The notes: generated by a model not told the origin, from the letters alone. A stretch of DNA of 64,000 nt from Candidatus Multivoradales bacterium (GCA_965223855.1 CBDCXM010000008.1:1-64000), one strand, 5' to 3'. Shown: positions 47,397 through 57,403, numbered from the stretch's first letter. Translations and numbers: made by a program.

Positions 47397-48488
47397 CTAC
47401 TCGACGATCGGCAACAGCGCAGAACCGGGAGCCGCAGCCTCCTCTTTGAGCTGCCTGCGCGCCGCAGCCGCCGGATAGAGACCCAACGGACTGCCGGTCT
47501 GCGTCTCGGCGTTCCCGGGACAGAAGGCCATCTGGGATCCGAACGTACCCTGGCCCTCGATCGATCTCTTCACTTCTTCGGTCGTCGAGCGGACCTCCTC
47601 GAGCCCTGCCGAGCCGCTCCACAGCTCTTCGATCGAGGTTTCGTGGAGATTGCCCACGGCTCGTCTCCACTGAACGCAGGGATACACGGTACCGAATGGA
47701 TCGATCGCAATCGTCGAGGAGCCGGCCCCGCAGTGCTTGCTGGTCGGTACGGCGGGTAGCAGGTCGTCTCCCTCTCTGGACACCAGAATCGTCGCCGCCG
47801 CCTGCCGTTCGGTCTCGCGCTCGGCACGCTTCGACTGAATCCTGAAGAGTCTCAGCACCGCCTCCCTCGAAGCCCGGATCGACTGCGGCTCCGCATCGCC
47901 GTCGTCGCGCGGCGTCACCTCGGGATCGATCTGCATCGGCAACCCGAGGTCTTCGACCAGTTCGATCATCGCCTCGAGCTCGTGCTCGTTCCAGGCGGTA
48001 AGCGTGGTGTTGACCTTCATCCGGAGGCCGAGTTCGCCGGCCTCCCTGAGGTTCTCCAGCAACCGGTCGAAGCTTCCCGGTACGCGGGTCTGGCGATCGT
48101 GCGTCGCGGCCGTGGCTCCGTGGAGACTGGTTTCGATCTGAAACGGGTCGACCTCGTCCCGGAGCCGGCGCGCCACGTCCCCTCTCAGCGCGTGACCGTT
48201 CGACTTCAACCGCACCACGAAGCCGAGATCCCTCGCGCGACGACCGAGCTCGAAGAAGTCCGGATGCGCCAGGGGCTCCCCTCCGCTGAGAATGAGATTC
48301 AACGTCCCGAGGCGCTCCAGACCGGAGAAGAGCTCGAAATACTGCTCCTTGTCGAGCGGCTTGCCCCGCAGCGACAGATCGTTGTAGCAGAAAAAGCAGT
48401 CGAGGTTGCACCGGTAGGTCAGCTCGATGAGGGCTGAAAACAGGTGGTTCTGCTGCCAGGTCTTGTGGACGATCTTGGAGAAGCTCAT
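47397..48488 (-). CDS. Radical SAM protein with SPASM/Twitch domain (peptide maturase)
   Basis: 'CNLDCFFC', 'SGGEPL', 'CGAG...DPFGTVYPC...GNL', 'FCPG'. Confidence 0.92.
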   Translation of the reverse strand: MSFSKIVHKTWQQNHLFSALIELTYRCNLDCFFCYNDLSLRGKPLDKEQYFELFSGLERLGTLNLILSGGEPLAHPDFFELGRRARDLGFVVRLKSNGHALRGDVARRLRDEVDPFQIETSLHGATAATHDRQTRVPGSFDRLLENLREAGELGLRMKVNTTLTAWNEHELEAMIELVEDLGLPMQIDPEVTPRDDGDAEPQSIRASREAVLRLFRIQSKRAERETERQAAATILVSREGDDLLPAVPTSKHCGAGSSTIAIDPFGTVYPCVQWRRAVGNLHETSIEELWSGSAGLEEVRSTTEEVKRSIEGQGTFGSQMAFCPGNAETQTGSPLGLYPAAAARRQLKEEAAAPGSALLPIVE

Positions 48489-48641
48489 GGTGGAAAGCGC
48501 CTGGTCGGGAAGCGGGGCGGAACGTGGCAGCGCGGGGCTCGTGACGGTCGAAAAGTATAGCGGAGCGCCTGCAAGGCAGTTCCTGCGCCGGTCTCCCGCC
48601 CGGTTCGGGCGAGTCGATTCCCCTCTGATAGCCTCCCGAGC

Positions 48642-49550
48642 GTGAGCGTCCGCACCCGCACGACGGCCGTGCTGATGATCGGGTTCGGTTTCGCGGTGTC
48701 GGCGGCCGGGGCCAACCCCGCAGTCGCAACGGCGACCCTCCTCGGCAATCAGGAGTTCGCGCTCTGCCGCGATCTCGGTAACCGGCTCGGCAGCGTCAGT
48801 CTCGAGCAGTGCCGCGCCGCCGGTCTCAGTCACGCCGGCGCCTGGTCGGCCGAAGGGAGGGCGATCGTCTACCGGGACTTTCCCCGGCTGCCCGGGAGGA
48901 AGCCGCTGGGTAAGGTCCTTCTCATCGGTGGCATCCACGGCGACGAGTACTCGTCGATCAGCATCGTCTTCCGCTGGCTTTCGACGCTGCGCAAGTACCA
49001 CTCGGGACTCTTCGAGTGGCGCATCGTTCCCGTGCTCAATCCTGACGGTCTACTGCGCCGACCCGCACAGCGCATGAACGCCAACGGGGTCGATCTCAAT
49101 CGCAACTTCCCTTCTCCCAACTGGGCGTCGGAGAGTCGCGACTACTGGGTTCGCCGGACCTCCCGCAATCCCCGCCGATACCCCGGGCCGGCCGCGTTGA
49201 GCGAGCCGGAGAGCCGCTGGCTGGCCGATCAGATCGCCGACTTCGAACCGGACGTCATCGTCTCGGTCCACGCGCCTCACAGCATCGTCGACTACGACGG
49301 ACCCGCAGCGGCGCCGGAGAAACTCGGCTCGCTCTATCTCAAGCTCCTCGGCACCTACCCCGGATCTCTGGGTCGCTATGCCGGCGTCCACATGGACATC
49401 CCGGTCGTGACGATCGAACTCGCGAGCGCGGGCTCGATGCCCTCGGCGGGCGAGCAGCGCGACATCTGGATCGACCTCGTTCGCTGGCTGAGGGGCAAGA
49501 TGCCCGAGCGGGCTCTCGGTCCGGGCAGCCCCCGGACCGGCGGCGGCTGA
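48642..49550 (+). CDS. M14 zinc carboxypeptidase / murein peptide amidase A-like
   Basis: 'GGIHGDE', 'NPDG', 'NANGVDLNRNFP', 'SEPES', 'VSVHAP'. Confidence 0.88.
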   Translation: MSVRTRTTAVLMIGFGFAVSAAGANPAVATATLLGNQEFALCRDLGNRLGSVSLEQCRAAGLSHAGAWSAEGRAIVYRDFPRLPGRKPLGKVLLIGGIHGDEYSSISIVFRWLSTLRKYHSGLFEWRIVPVLNPDGLLRRPAQRMNANGVDLNRNFPSPNWASESRDYWVRRTSRNPRRYPGPAALSEPESRWLADQIADFEPDVIVSVHAPHSIVDYDGPAAAPEKLGSLYLKLLGTYPGSLGRYAGVHMDIPVVTIELASAGSMPSAGEQRDIWIDLVRWLRGKMPERALGPGSPRTGGG

Positions 49551-49559
49551 GGCCCCGTC

Positions 49560-50771
49560 TCAGCCTTCGAAGACGATCTGCCAGCGACCGTCCTCGAACA
49601 GCCAGTACTGGCGCTTCTTCTTCGACCCGCGAAAGTTGTCGCTCTCGTAGCGCTGCAGGAAATCCACGACGACCATCGCGTCTTCGCCCGGATAGCCGAA
49701 GATCGAGAGATCCTCGAGAGCGACCCTGATGTAGCGCTTCGACGGGTTGACCCTTCTCTTGTGAGCTGCGAAAGCGGCGCGATTCATGTCGCTCGTCCGG
49801 AAACTCGAGGCGTAGTGCCCGAGGTAGGAGTCGGCGTCGCGGCTCTCCCAGTCGAGCCTCCACTGCTCGATCGCCTCGCCCACCGACTCGCGGACCGAGC
49901 GCATCGAGTCGGGCGACACCCAACGAACGCCGCGGGTGAGGACGACCGGAGTCGAACCGACATCCACCTGCTCCCTCAGCGTGGCGAAATCTTCGTTGCT
50001 GAGGGTGACGCACCCGCGGCTCGACAGGGGCGGGCGGCTGTACCGTTCGGACTCGGTACCGTGAATCCAGATCCCACTGCCGGTGCGTCCCTGCAGACGA
50101 TCCCATTCGTTGGGATAGTCGATCGGGAACGCCCCGAGGCCGTAGAGATCCGGCAGCGTCTCGCCCGGCAGATAGGAGGAGACGCGGTAGAGACCGGTCG
50201 GCGTCTTCTCGTCCCCCTCGTAGCGCTTGTCCGTGCCCCCCTTGCCGATCGAGACGTAGAAGTCGAGCACCCTCTCCGGCCGGTCACCGACCAGGGAGAA
50301 GAGGTACAGCCGGTAGGCTTCGGTATCGACGAGAATCACGTTGCGAGTCTTCTCGGGGAGCTGCAACAGCTCGGCAGGGACGGCCTCGGACGGCGGCCCT
50401 TCGAGATACCGGGCCAGACGCGCCTGAGCCTCCTCCCGAAGTCCCGAGACGCTTTCCACGCCGGCGGCTTCTCCACCGAACGCGGCCAGCGGCTCTCGCA
50501 TCGCCTGCAGAAGGTCTCCTCGCACCAGCTGCGCGAGTTCGAAGTCCGGACGACGCTCGAGAATCCGCGAGGTGTGATCCAGAGCGTCCTCGAGACGACC
50601 GGCCTGGATGTCCAGGAGCGTCCAGATGAGGCGTTCCTCGATCGACGAGGTCGCCTGCCCCGAAGCCCCGATCTGGTGCCCGGCTTCGTCGAGTGCCTCG
50701 ACGCTTCCCGAGCCCAGAGCACAGAGCGAGGCCGCCAGAACAGCGATCCCGAGGTGCCGGCGTCGGCTCAC
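49560..50771 (-). CDS. L,D-transpeptidase (YkuD) with C-terminal NTF2/SnoaL-like domain
   Basis: 'GDEKTPTG', 'IWIHG...SRGCV'. Confidence 0.88.
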   Translation of the reverse strand: MSRRRHLGIAVLAASLCALGSGSVEALDEAGHQIGASGQATSSIEERLIWTLLDIQAGRLEDALDHTSRILERRPDFELAQLVRGDLLQAMREPLAAFGGEAAGVESVSGLREEAQARLARYLEGPPSEAVPAELLQLPEKTRNVILVDTEAYRLYLFSLVGDRPERVLDFYVSIGKGGTDKRYEGDEKTPTGLYRVSSYLPGETLPDLYGLGAFPIDYPNEWDRLQGRTGSGIWIHGTESERYSRPPLSSRGCVTLSNEDFATLREQVDVGSTPVVLTRGVRWVSPDSMRSVRESVGEAIEQWRLDWESRDADSYLGHYASSFRTSDMNRAAFAAHKRRVNPSKRYIRVALEDLSIFGYPGEDAMVVVDFLQRYESDNFRGSKKKRQYWLFEDGRWQIVFEG

Positions 50772-51781
50772 GACTCGGTCGACTCCTCTGCATCGATGCG
50801 CCAGGAATCTCCGGATCGGACGAGATCGAGCACCTTGACGACCGTGTCCTGAAAGCTGTCCGAGCGGTAGCGCTGCAGGAATCTCACCTGCACTCGACCG
50901 GAGCCGGCGGGACGTACCGCGATCGACTCGACGGCGACTTCGATGAACCTCGGCCCTTCGATCCTCTGCCTTCTTTGCCGTTCCCACTCCGCCCGACTGC
51001 GATCGGCCGGGGAGAAGTCCGGCGAGTAGTAGCCGAGATAGGCATTCACGTCCTGATCGGACCATGCCTGTGCCCAGGCGCGGACGAACCCCGCCACGGC
51101 CGCCGCATCGAACTGCGCCCTCGGCTCGTCGGCGGCGGGGCCGGAGGCATCACCTTGCCCGCCGGTGGGAGTCGGGTCTCCGAGCGGCTCGGCCGGAGCG
51201 ACCCGCTCGGTGAGAGGAGCCTTGACGGCAACTCTTCCCGACGAGGGAGCCGCCGTCTGCGGGACGGCTTCGCCCCCGTCGCTCCCGGACTCGAGGCCGC
51301 CGAGCAGCCGAAGATCCGGGCCGGCCGTCCCATCGCTCGACTCCTGACCGAGCGCGCGGTCGTAGGCACGACTCGCGAGCTTCCCGTAGACCTTCGTGAG
51401 GTTGTCGTAGGCGGTGCCGTAGCTCGAATGAGTGGCGAGCGCCAGCTTGAGGATCTCGACGGCACGCTCGTACTCGCCCCGCTCGGCGTAGAGGACAGCA
51501 AGGTTGTTGAACGGCTCCGGGTAGTCAGGATGGCTGCGCGTCAGTTCGAGGAAGATCTCCTCAGCCTCGGCCTCCCGGCCCGATCGAGCGAGCACGACCC
51601 CCTTGACGAACTGCGCTTCGGCGGAACCGTTGCCCTCGATCTCCGCATCCAACAGGCTGAGAGCCTCCGGTAGCCGGCCCTCCGACGCTGCTCTCGTTGC
51701 TCGCTCGATCGCCCCCTCCTGCGCCGCCAGTCCGCCGGCGAGCAGAGCGGCCGCAACCGCCGCGCACACCCGTCTCGTCAT
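50768..51781 (-). CDS. TPR protein with C-terminal NTF2/SnoaL-like domain
   Basis: 'PEPFNNLAVLYA' TPR; 'WAQAWS..DVNAYLGYYSPDF'. Confidence 0.82.
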   Translation of the reverse strand: MTRRVCAAVAAALLAGGLAAQEGAIERATRAASEGRLPEALSLLDAEIEGNGSAEAQFVKGVVLARSGREAEAEEIFLELTRSHPDYPEPFNNLAVLYAERGEYERAVEILKLALATHSSYGTAYDNLTKVYGKLASRAYDRALGQESSDGTAGPDLRLLGGLESGSDGGEAVPQTAAPSSGRVAVKAPLTERVAPAEPLGDPTPTGGQGDASGPAADEPRAQFDAAAVAGFVRAWAQAWSDQDVNAYLGYYSPDFSPADRSRAEWERQRRQRIEGPRFIEVAVESIAVRPAGSGRVQVRFLQRYRSDSFQDTVVKVLDLVRSGDSWRIDAEESTES

Positions 51782-51870
51782 TGCCTCTCCTTCACGCTTT
51801 CCTCAGGCTTCCTGCCGCCAAAGCCGAGTCAAATGCTAGCACGGCTCCGGGCGGCCCGAACTGCGCGACA

Positions 51871-52503
51871 ATGGCTCGAAATCGGAACTTTTTCCGGCTT
51901 CGGGCGTTGGAGCTAGACGTGGAGACGGCCGTTCACCATACGCATGAACCGGACGACGCGGAACTCTTCCGTCGGGCGCGTGCCGGTGACCACCAGGCCC
52001 TCGGCGACCTGGTCGACCGGCACAAGGACGCGCTGGTCAACTACCTCACCCGGATCAGCGGCCGCCGCGAGACCGCCGAGGACACCGCGCAGGAGACCTT
52101 CCTCAAGCTCCTTCAGCACAGCGACCGTTACGTCGAGCGCGGACGCTTGCTCCCGTACATTTACCGCATCGCCACCAACCTCGTGCGCTCGGAGCAGAGG
52201 AGAAACCAGCGCTGGCGGCTCCTCCATCCCCGGCTGCTCGCAGGGAGCGAGCGCTCGGCCCCTCCGGCTCAGCATCACGGGATGGAACGCCGCCAACTCG
52301 GCAAAGTGCTGACCGGTGCGCTGGCTCAGCTGCCGTCCCGCTATCGGGTCCCTGTCGTCCTGCGAGACATCGAGGGCTGGGCCTACTCCGAGATCGCCGA
52401 CGTGCTCGGGGTCAGGCCGGGCACCGTCAAATCCCGCCTGCACCGGGGTCGCGCGCTCCTGCGCGACCTCGTTCGTCCTCACTGGAACGGAGTTTCGTCA
52501 TGA
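51871..52503 (+). CDS. ECF sigma-70 factor
   Basis: 'AEDTAQETF', 'YSEIADVLGVRPGTVKSRLHRGR'; start 51871 or 51919. Confidence 0.92.
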   Translation: MARNRNFFRLRALELDVETAVHHTHEPDDAELFRRARAGDHQALGDLVDRHKDALVNYLTRISGRRETAEDTAQETFLKLLQHSDRYVERGRLLPYIYRIATNLVRSEQRRNQRWRLLHPRLLAGSERSAPPAQHHGMERRQLGKVLTGALAQLPSRYRVPVVLRDIEGWAYSEIADVLGVRPGTVKSRLHRGRALLRDLVRPHWNGVSS

Positions 52504-52934
52504 ATCGAGAACGCTCACCCTCGACCGAGGACGTGCGCAGAGCCCTCGGCTCGCTGCCACGCCACGCAGCGAGCGCAGGATTCACAGCGCGGCTGCTCTC
52601 CAGACACGCCGCCGCAGGGAGGCCCTCACCCCGACCGGGAATCCCGCGACTCGCACTCGCGATCGCGGCTGGCCTGATCGTGGTCTTCGGCCTGTTCGCG
52701 GTTCGCGGCCGGGTCACGCAGCAGCGGGAGGCCCGTCTCGCACGCGAGCATGCCGCTCTCTCGCTGGAGCTCGAGGCTCTCGATCGCCGCCTGCGGCAGG
52801 CCGAGACAATCTACGTCGGCAGCGATGCCGAGACCGATCTCGTGCTCTCGGTCGATGCCCTGGCTGCACTTTCCTCGACACGCAACTCGACCCTCTCCCC
52901 CGCCCTGTCCCAGCGTCAGGGTCCCCGACACTGA
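52500..52934 (+). CDS. Putative single-TM anti-sigma factor
   Basis: Coupled to the ECF gene; one TM helix. Confidence 0.6.
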   Translation: MNRERSPSTEDVRRALGSLPRHAASAGFTARLLSRHAAAGRPSPRPGIPRLALAIAAGLIVVFGLFAVRGRVTQQREARLAREHAALSLELEALDRRLRQAETIYVGSDAETDLVLSVDALAALSSTRNSTLSPALSQRQGPRH

Positions 52935-52984
52935 GAAGGCCCGGTACCGCCCGCACCGGCTGCGATTCACCTCAAGGAGTCATC

Positions 52985-53719
52985 ATGGTTCGTCTACCCG
53001 CCCTCGTCGCCGTCCTCGCCTCACTCGCCGTCCCGCTCGAGGCTCAGCACCGGACGGAGGAGTTTCGCAGCGAGAAGGTCTTCGTCTTTCGTGGCGGGCC
53101 GGGGGCTGCGCTTCGCCTCTCGACCTCCCATCTCGAAGGCGCGCACCTCGGCGTGACGACTCTCGACATGACCGAAGAGTTGCGCGCCCATTTCGGTGTC
53201 AGCACCGATCGCGGCGTGCTCGTCTCTTCGGTCCTCGAGGACTCGCCTGCCGGGCGTGCCGGTATCCGGGTCGCCGACATCGTCGCCCAGCTCGACGGGC
53301 AGCCTGTCTCCGGCTCGCTGATGCTCGCCGCCGCGATCGGACACAGACAGCCGAGCGACAGAATCGAGTTGGTGGTCGTGCGCGACGGCACCACGATCTC
53401 CTCGACGATCGAACTCGGCGAGGCGACGCGACGCCGGCTCGATCTCAGCCCGCTGCTGCTCGAAGCGCCCGTCGTCGAGGGTCGCTTCCAAGCGATGCGA
53501 GGCGAGCCGGCACCGGTGCTGCGCGAGGTGGAGACCGAGTTCGCCGCACCTCTCGGCCTGGACGCTCTCCTCACCCGAGTGAGTCAGCAGCTCGAAGATG
53601 AAGCCGTTCGCCAGCAACTCGACCTGCTCCTCCAGGAGCGCGATCTGCTGAGGCTCCAGGTCGAGAAACTGGAGACTCGCCTCGAGAGACTCGAGAGCGA
53701 TCTGTCCTCGCGACGGTGA
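52985..53719 (+). CDS. Secreted PDZ-domain protein with coiled-coil tail
   Basis: AAGGAG RBS, signal peptide, 'LGV...GVLVSSVLEDSPAGRAGIRVADIV'. Confidence 0.85.
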   Translation: MVRLPALVAVLASLAVPLEAQHRTEEFRSEKVFVFRGGPGAALRLSTSHLEGAHLGVTTLDMTEELRAHFGVSTDRGVLVSSVLEDSPAGRAGIRVADIVAQLDGQPVSGSLMLAAAIGHRQPSDRIELVVVRDGTTISSTIELGEATRRRLDLSPLLLEAPVVEGRFQAMRGEPAPVLREVETEFAAPLGLDALLTRVSQQLEDEAVRQQLDLLLQERDLLRLQVEKLETRLERLESDLSSRR

Positions 53720-53827
53720 TCCGCCACGTCACCCGACCGCGCCGGCCTGCAGCGAGGACGGCTCCGAGATCGGGGCTTTGCGACTTCCTACGACAAGACC
53801 TCGTGAAGTGCACGCTAGACTGGCGAC

Positions 53828-54427
53828 TTGCGCATCGCCATCCTCCCGGCCGCGGGCCGCTCTTCGCGGCTCGGTCGCCCCAAGGCCCTGATCGCCTGGC
53901 GTGGACGTAGCGTCGTCGAGACGATGCTCGGCACGCTGAAGACCGCAGGCGTCACCCACCAGGTCGTCACCATCGCCACCGGAGAGCTCGGGCTCGCTCG
54001 AACCCTCGAGTCGCTCGGGGTGCTCTTCTGCCTGCAGTCGAAGCCGCGTCGAGGCATGCTCGCTTCCATCCAGTTGGCGCTCGAGGCGGCCGCTCCATCG
54101 AGGCAAGACACCGTTGCGATCTGCCCGATCGACGTTCCGGCTCTGTCGAGCAGCACGGTCGGTCTGCTGTTCGACACCGTGGAGAGACCGGGAGGGCCCG
54201 GGGTGGCAGTGCCGCTTCACGATGGCCGTCGCGGACATCCGGTGGTGCTACGCGGCAGCCTGGCGAAAGAGATCTTCGCCCTCGATCCCGCGATCGGTCT
54301 GCGGGACCTGTTCCGGACTCATTCCCCCGAGCCGGTACGGTGCGACGATCCCGGGACGGTTCTCGATCTCGACACATGGATCGACCACCTCCAGCTCGAG
54401 GAGCTCTCCGGGCCCGTCGAGTCCTGA
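53828..54427 (+). CDS. MobA/MocA-like nucleotidyltransferase
   Basis: 'ILPAAGRSSRLGRPKAL', 'GRRGHPV', 'DLDT'. Confidence 0.85.
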   Translation: MRIAILPAAGRSSRLGRPKALIAWRGRSVVETMLGTLKTAGVTHQVVTIATGELGLARTLESLGVLFCLQSKPRRGMLASIQLALEAAAPSRQDTVAICPIDVPALSSSTVGLLFDTVERPGGPGVAVPLHDGRRGHPVVLRGSLAKEIFALDPAIGLRDLFRTHSPEPVRCDDPGTVLDLDTWIDHLQLEELSGPVES

Positions 54428-54455
54428 CGCGAGAGACCCGGAGACTTCGAGTTCT

Positions 54456-55283
54456 CTACACACCGACGGCGCGCCGCTCCAACTCGGCAGCGACGTGCCC
54501 CCCGACCAGGATCGACAGCGCCGTCAGGTAGAACCAGACGAGCAGCAGCATGCCGCCCCAGACGTAGCCGTACGGGGTGTAGTCCGACAACCCCCTCACG
54601 TACAGCCGGAAGAGCACCGACACTCCGGCCCAGGCGGAGGTACCGACCAGAGCGCCGACGAGGATTCTGCGCTTGGAGCGACTCTGGTCGTGGAAGGGCA
54701 GGAAGTAGTAGATGAGCCACAACATCGAGAGCGCGACAAGGAAGAGGACGGGCCAGCGCAATCCGCTGGCCAGGGACTCGAGGCCGGTGAGACGGCTCAG
54801 CTCGGGCCCGGCGAGGAGCGCCACTGCGCTCCCCAGCATTGCACCGAGAGCGAGCAGCAGGAAGACGACCGCCATCGCCCGTTTGCGCCACCACTTCCTG
54901 CGTCGGCGGACGCAATAGGCCATGTTGAGGCCGTCGAAGAGCGCTGCGAAGACGTTCGAAGCGAAGATGAACGTGAGGACGACGGATACCGAGAGCACAC
55001 CCGGGCGCCGTTCGATGGTCACCTCGGCGACGAAGTCTTCCAGCACCCGATACGCCTCCCCGGGAAGGGCGCTGCCGAGCTGCCGCATGACCCAGTGGAA
55101 GGCATCGTCCCCGCCGACGAGCCCGGTCAGGGAGAAGAGCGCAAGAAGAAAGGGGAAGAGCGAGAGGAACCCGTAGTAGGCGACACGCGCCGCCTCGGCG
55201 GTGACTCGATCGCGTCGCAGTGTGCCGACGATCGCCCGGCCGACCACGTCGAGCCAGTTCCACGCTCGGGAGAGAAGGCTCAC
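54456..55283 (-). CDS. YihY/BrkB family membrane protein
   Basis: 'AARVAYYGFLSLFPFLL', 'YG...GGMLLLVWFYL'. Confidence 0.88.
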   Translation of the reverse strand: MSLLSRAWNWLDVVGRAIVGTLRRDRVTAEAARVAYYGFLSLFPFLLALFSLTGLVGGDDAFHWVMRQLGSALPGEAYRVLEDFVAEVTIERRPGVLSVSVVLTFIFASNVFAALFDGLNMAYCVRRRRKWWRKRAMAVVFLLLALGAMLGSAVALLAGPELSRLTGLESLASGLRWPVLFLVALSMLWLIYYFLPFHDQSRSKRRILVGALVGTSAWAGVSVLFRLYVRGLSDYTPYGYVWGGMLLLVWFYLTALSILVGGHVAAELERRAVGV

Positions 55284-55996
55284 AGGTGCCCCCGCAACCA
55301 CGAAGCACGCTCCATCCTGCGCTCGATGCGCTCGACGGCGACCAGAAGCGAGGGCTCCTGACCGTCCGCCCGCCAGCTACGCGGCCGGGGTAGGACGGCC
55401 GCGAGGCGCGCCGCCTCACGGCGAGTCAGCGAGGACGCCGACTTGCCGAAGAAGTGACGGCTGGCCGCCCCGCACCCGAAGACCCCTTCGCCGAACTCGA
55501 CGATGTTGAGGTAGACCTCGAGGATCCTCCGTTTCGACAGATGCTCCTCCAGCTGTCTCGTCAGCAGGAACTCCCGTGCCTTTCTCAGCGGTGACCTGGA
55601 CGGGGAGAGCCACAGGTTCTTCGCCAGCTGCTGTGTGAGCGTGGAAGCGCCACGCGGTGCCTCCCGTCGCTCGATCGCATCGTCGATCGCATTGCGCACT
55701 TCTCCCCAATCGAAGCCGGAATGAGAGAAGAAGTTGATGTCCTCCGACACGACGACGGCTCGCTTGAGCGACTCGGCGATACGCCCGTACTCCACCCACG
55801 ACAGGTCGACCTCTTCCCCGCTCTTCTCCTCCCAGCGACGAACGAAAGCGCTGTCGCTCGGATTCGCCCCGGCGACTGCCGCCACGTCGGGCCACCGCCA
55901 CCACTCGAAGCCGGCCCAGAGCACCAGCGCCGCGAGGCCCGGGACGAGCCAGCGGAAGCGATTCGAGCGACGCACGGGAGTTTCCTGAGAGTTCAT
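55280..55996 (-). CDS. mtgA: Monofunctional peptidoglycan transglycosylase
   Basis: 'SEDINFFSHSGFD', 'RGASTLTQQLAKNL', 'RKARE', 'ILEVYLN'. Confidence 0.92.
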   Translation of the reverse strand: MNSQETPVRRSNRFRWLVPGLAALVLWAGFEWWRWPDVAAVAGANPSDSAFVRRWEEKSGEEVDLSWVEYGRIAESLKRAVVVSEDINFFSHSGFDWGEVRNAIDDAIERREAPRGASTLTQQLAKNLWLSPSRSPLRKAREFLLTRQLEEHLSKRRILEVYLNIVEFGEGVFGCGAASRHFFGKSASSLTRREAARLAAVLPRPRSWRADGQEPSLLVAVERIERRMERASWLRGHL

Positions 55997-56155
55997 CCGA
56001 CGGCTCGAGGGAAGTAGCCAGATGGGGCGGGAGATCGCGGGTTAGGATAACGCCTTACCGGCTCCCCGGGCATCGCTTCCGGATCGAACTCTGGATGCCT
56101 CGAGCGCCGGACAACCTTCCTCAAGACCTCTGACCCTCCCGTCACGGAGCGATCC

Positions 56156-57403
56156 ATGAAGATCCGAGCGTTTCACGGCCTCCGCTTCAGCGGCGATGCA
56201 CCGCAAGCCGGCTCTCTCGCAGCGCCGCCCTACGACCAGGTCGACGAGGAACGGCGCGACGCCTTCCACCGCACACCAGGGCACTTCGTCCATCTGACCT
56301 GTCCGGTGCCCGGAACCAGCGGCAGCGCTCACGAGAACAGCGCGCATCTCCATCGAGAGTGGCAGGCCGAGGGCCGTCTCCTGCGGGACGACGAACCGGG
56401 CCTGTACCTCAACACCATTCTCACCCCGCGGGGAGGGGTGAGACATGGACTGACAGCGCTCGTCGACATCGAGCCGTCCGAAGCCGGCGTCATCAGGCCT
56501 CATGAGTTGACCGTCGAGAAGACGGTCGAAGAGCGACTCGGTCTGCTCAGAACGACCGGCATCGACTACGAGCCGATTCTGCTGCTGTCCGAGGATCGCG
56601 GCGAGCTAGAGCAACAGCTCACCGCCGACTACGAAGACTCGGAGCCGCACGCCGTCCACCGTGACGAGGACGGCAACGTTCACGAGAGTCGGCGTATCAC
56701 CGGAAGCGAACAGATCCGGGCGTACCGTTCGATCCTCGACGGCGCGGCGGGCCTCATCGCCGACGGTCACCACCGCTACCGGACGGCCGGCCTGTTCGCC
56801 CGGGAGATCGATGCCGTTCGAGGCACCGGCGCCGCTGCGAAACTGGCGGTGATCACGAGCCTCGAGTCGAGCTCGCTCACCATCGATCCGATCCACCGCG
56901 CATTTCCCCAAGCCGTCTCCCGCGATGCCGTCGCCGACTGCATACTCCGCGCCACGGCCATCGAGGCCTCCACGGGCGGCGAGCTGGCGAGTACGGTCGC
57001 CGAGGCGGCGAGTGCGGGAGGCGACTCCCCCGCCCTCGCGCTCCTCACGGCGGGCGAGGCGCAGCTGCTGGAGCTCGATCCCGCCTGCGGTCCCGACTCC
57101 CTGCCCCGCGCGGCCTCCGACCTCGCGGTCGTACTCCTGCACTCGGCGCTCCTTCCCGGTTGGGGCTTCGAAGCCGCGGCGGCGACCGACGGCACCCTGG
57201 CCTACCGGTCTGACGTCGAAGTGCTGTGGCGGCAGGTGATGGACGGCACCTTCCCGGCCGGCATCGTGCTGCCGCCGATGACCGCTCCGGGATTCGCCGC
57301 AGCGATCGCCAACGGCGACGTTCTGCCGCCGAAGTCCACCCGCTTTCTGCCGAAGGTGGTCTCCGGCCTGGTCTGGGCCGACCACCGCGACCCGGTCTTC
57401 TGA
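56156..57403 (+). CDS. DUF1015 family protein
   Basis: 'APPYDQV', 'PHELT', 'IADGHHRY', 'LPPKSTRFLPKVVSG'. Confidence 0.9.
   Translation: MKIRAFHGLRFSGDAPQAGSLAAPPYDQVDEERRDAFHRTPGHFVHLTCPVPGTSGSAHENSAHLHREWQAEGRLLRDDEPGLYLNTILTPRGGVRHGLTALVDIEPSEAGVIRPHELTVEKTVEERLGLLRTTGIDYEPILLLSEDRGELEQQLTADYEDSEPHAVHRDEDGNVHESRRITGSEQIRAYRSILDGAAGLIADGHHRYRTAGLFAREIDAVRGTGAAAKLAVITSLESSSLTIDPIHRAFPQAVSRDAVADCILRATAIEASTGGELASTVAEAASAGGDSPALALLTAGEAQLLELDPACGPDSLPRAASDLAVVLLHSALLPGWGFEAAAATDGTLAYRSDVEVLWRQVMDGTFPAGIVLPPMTAPGFAAAIANGDVLPPKSTRFLPKVVSGLVWADHRDPVF

Noticed and set aside
48576-48590. Possible sigma54 promoter (CGGCGCAGGAACTGC, minus strand) upstream of the radical SAM gene
   Set aside because: Correct GG-N10-GC spacing but weak match in GC-rich DNA; a TATACT -10 box at 48554-48559 is an equally good explanation
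53828-54427. Nucleotidyltransferase as part of the RiPP cassette
   Set aside because: It is MobA/MocA-type and separated from the cassette by unrelated genes
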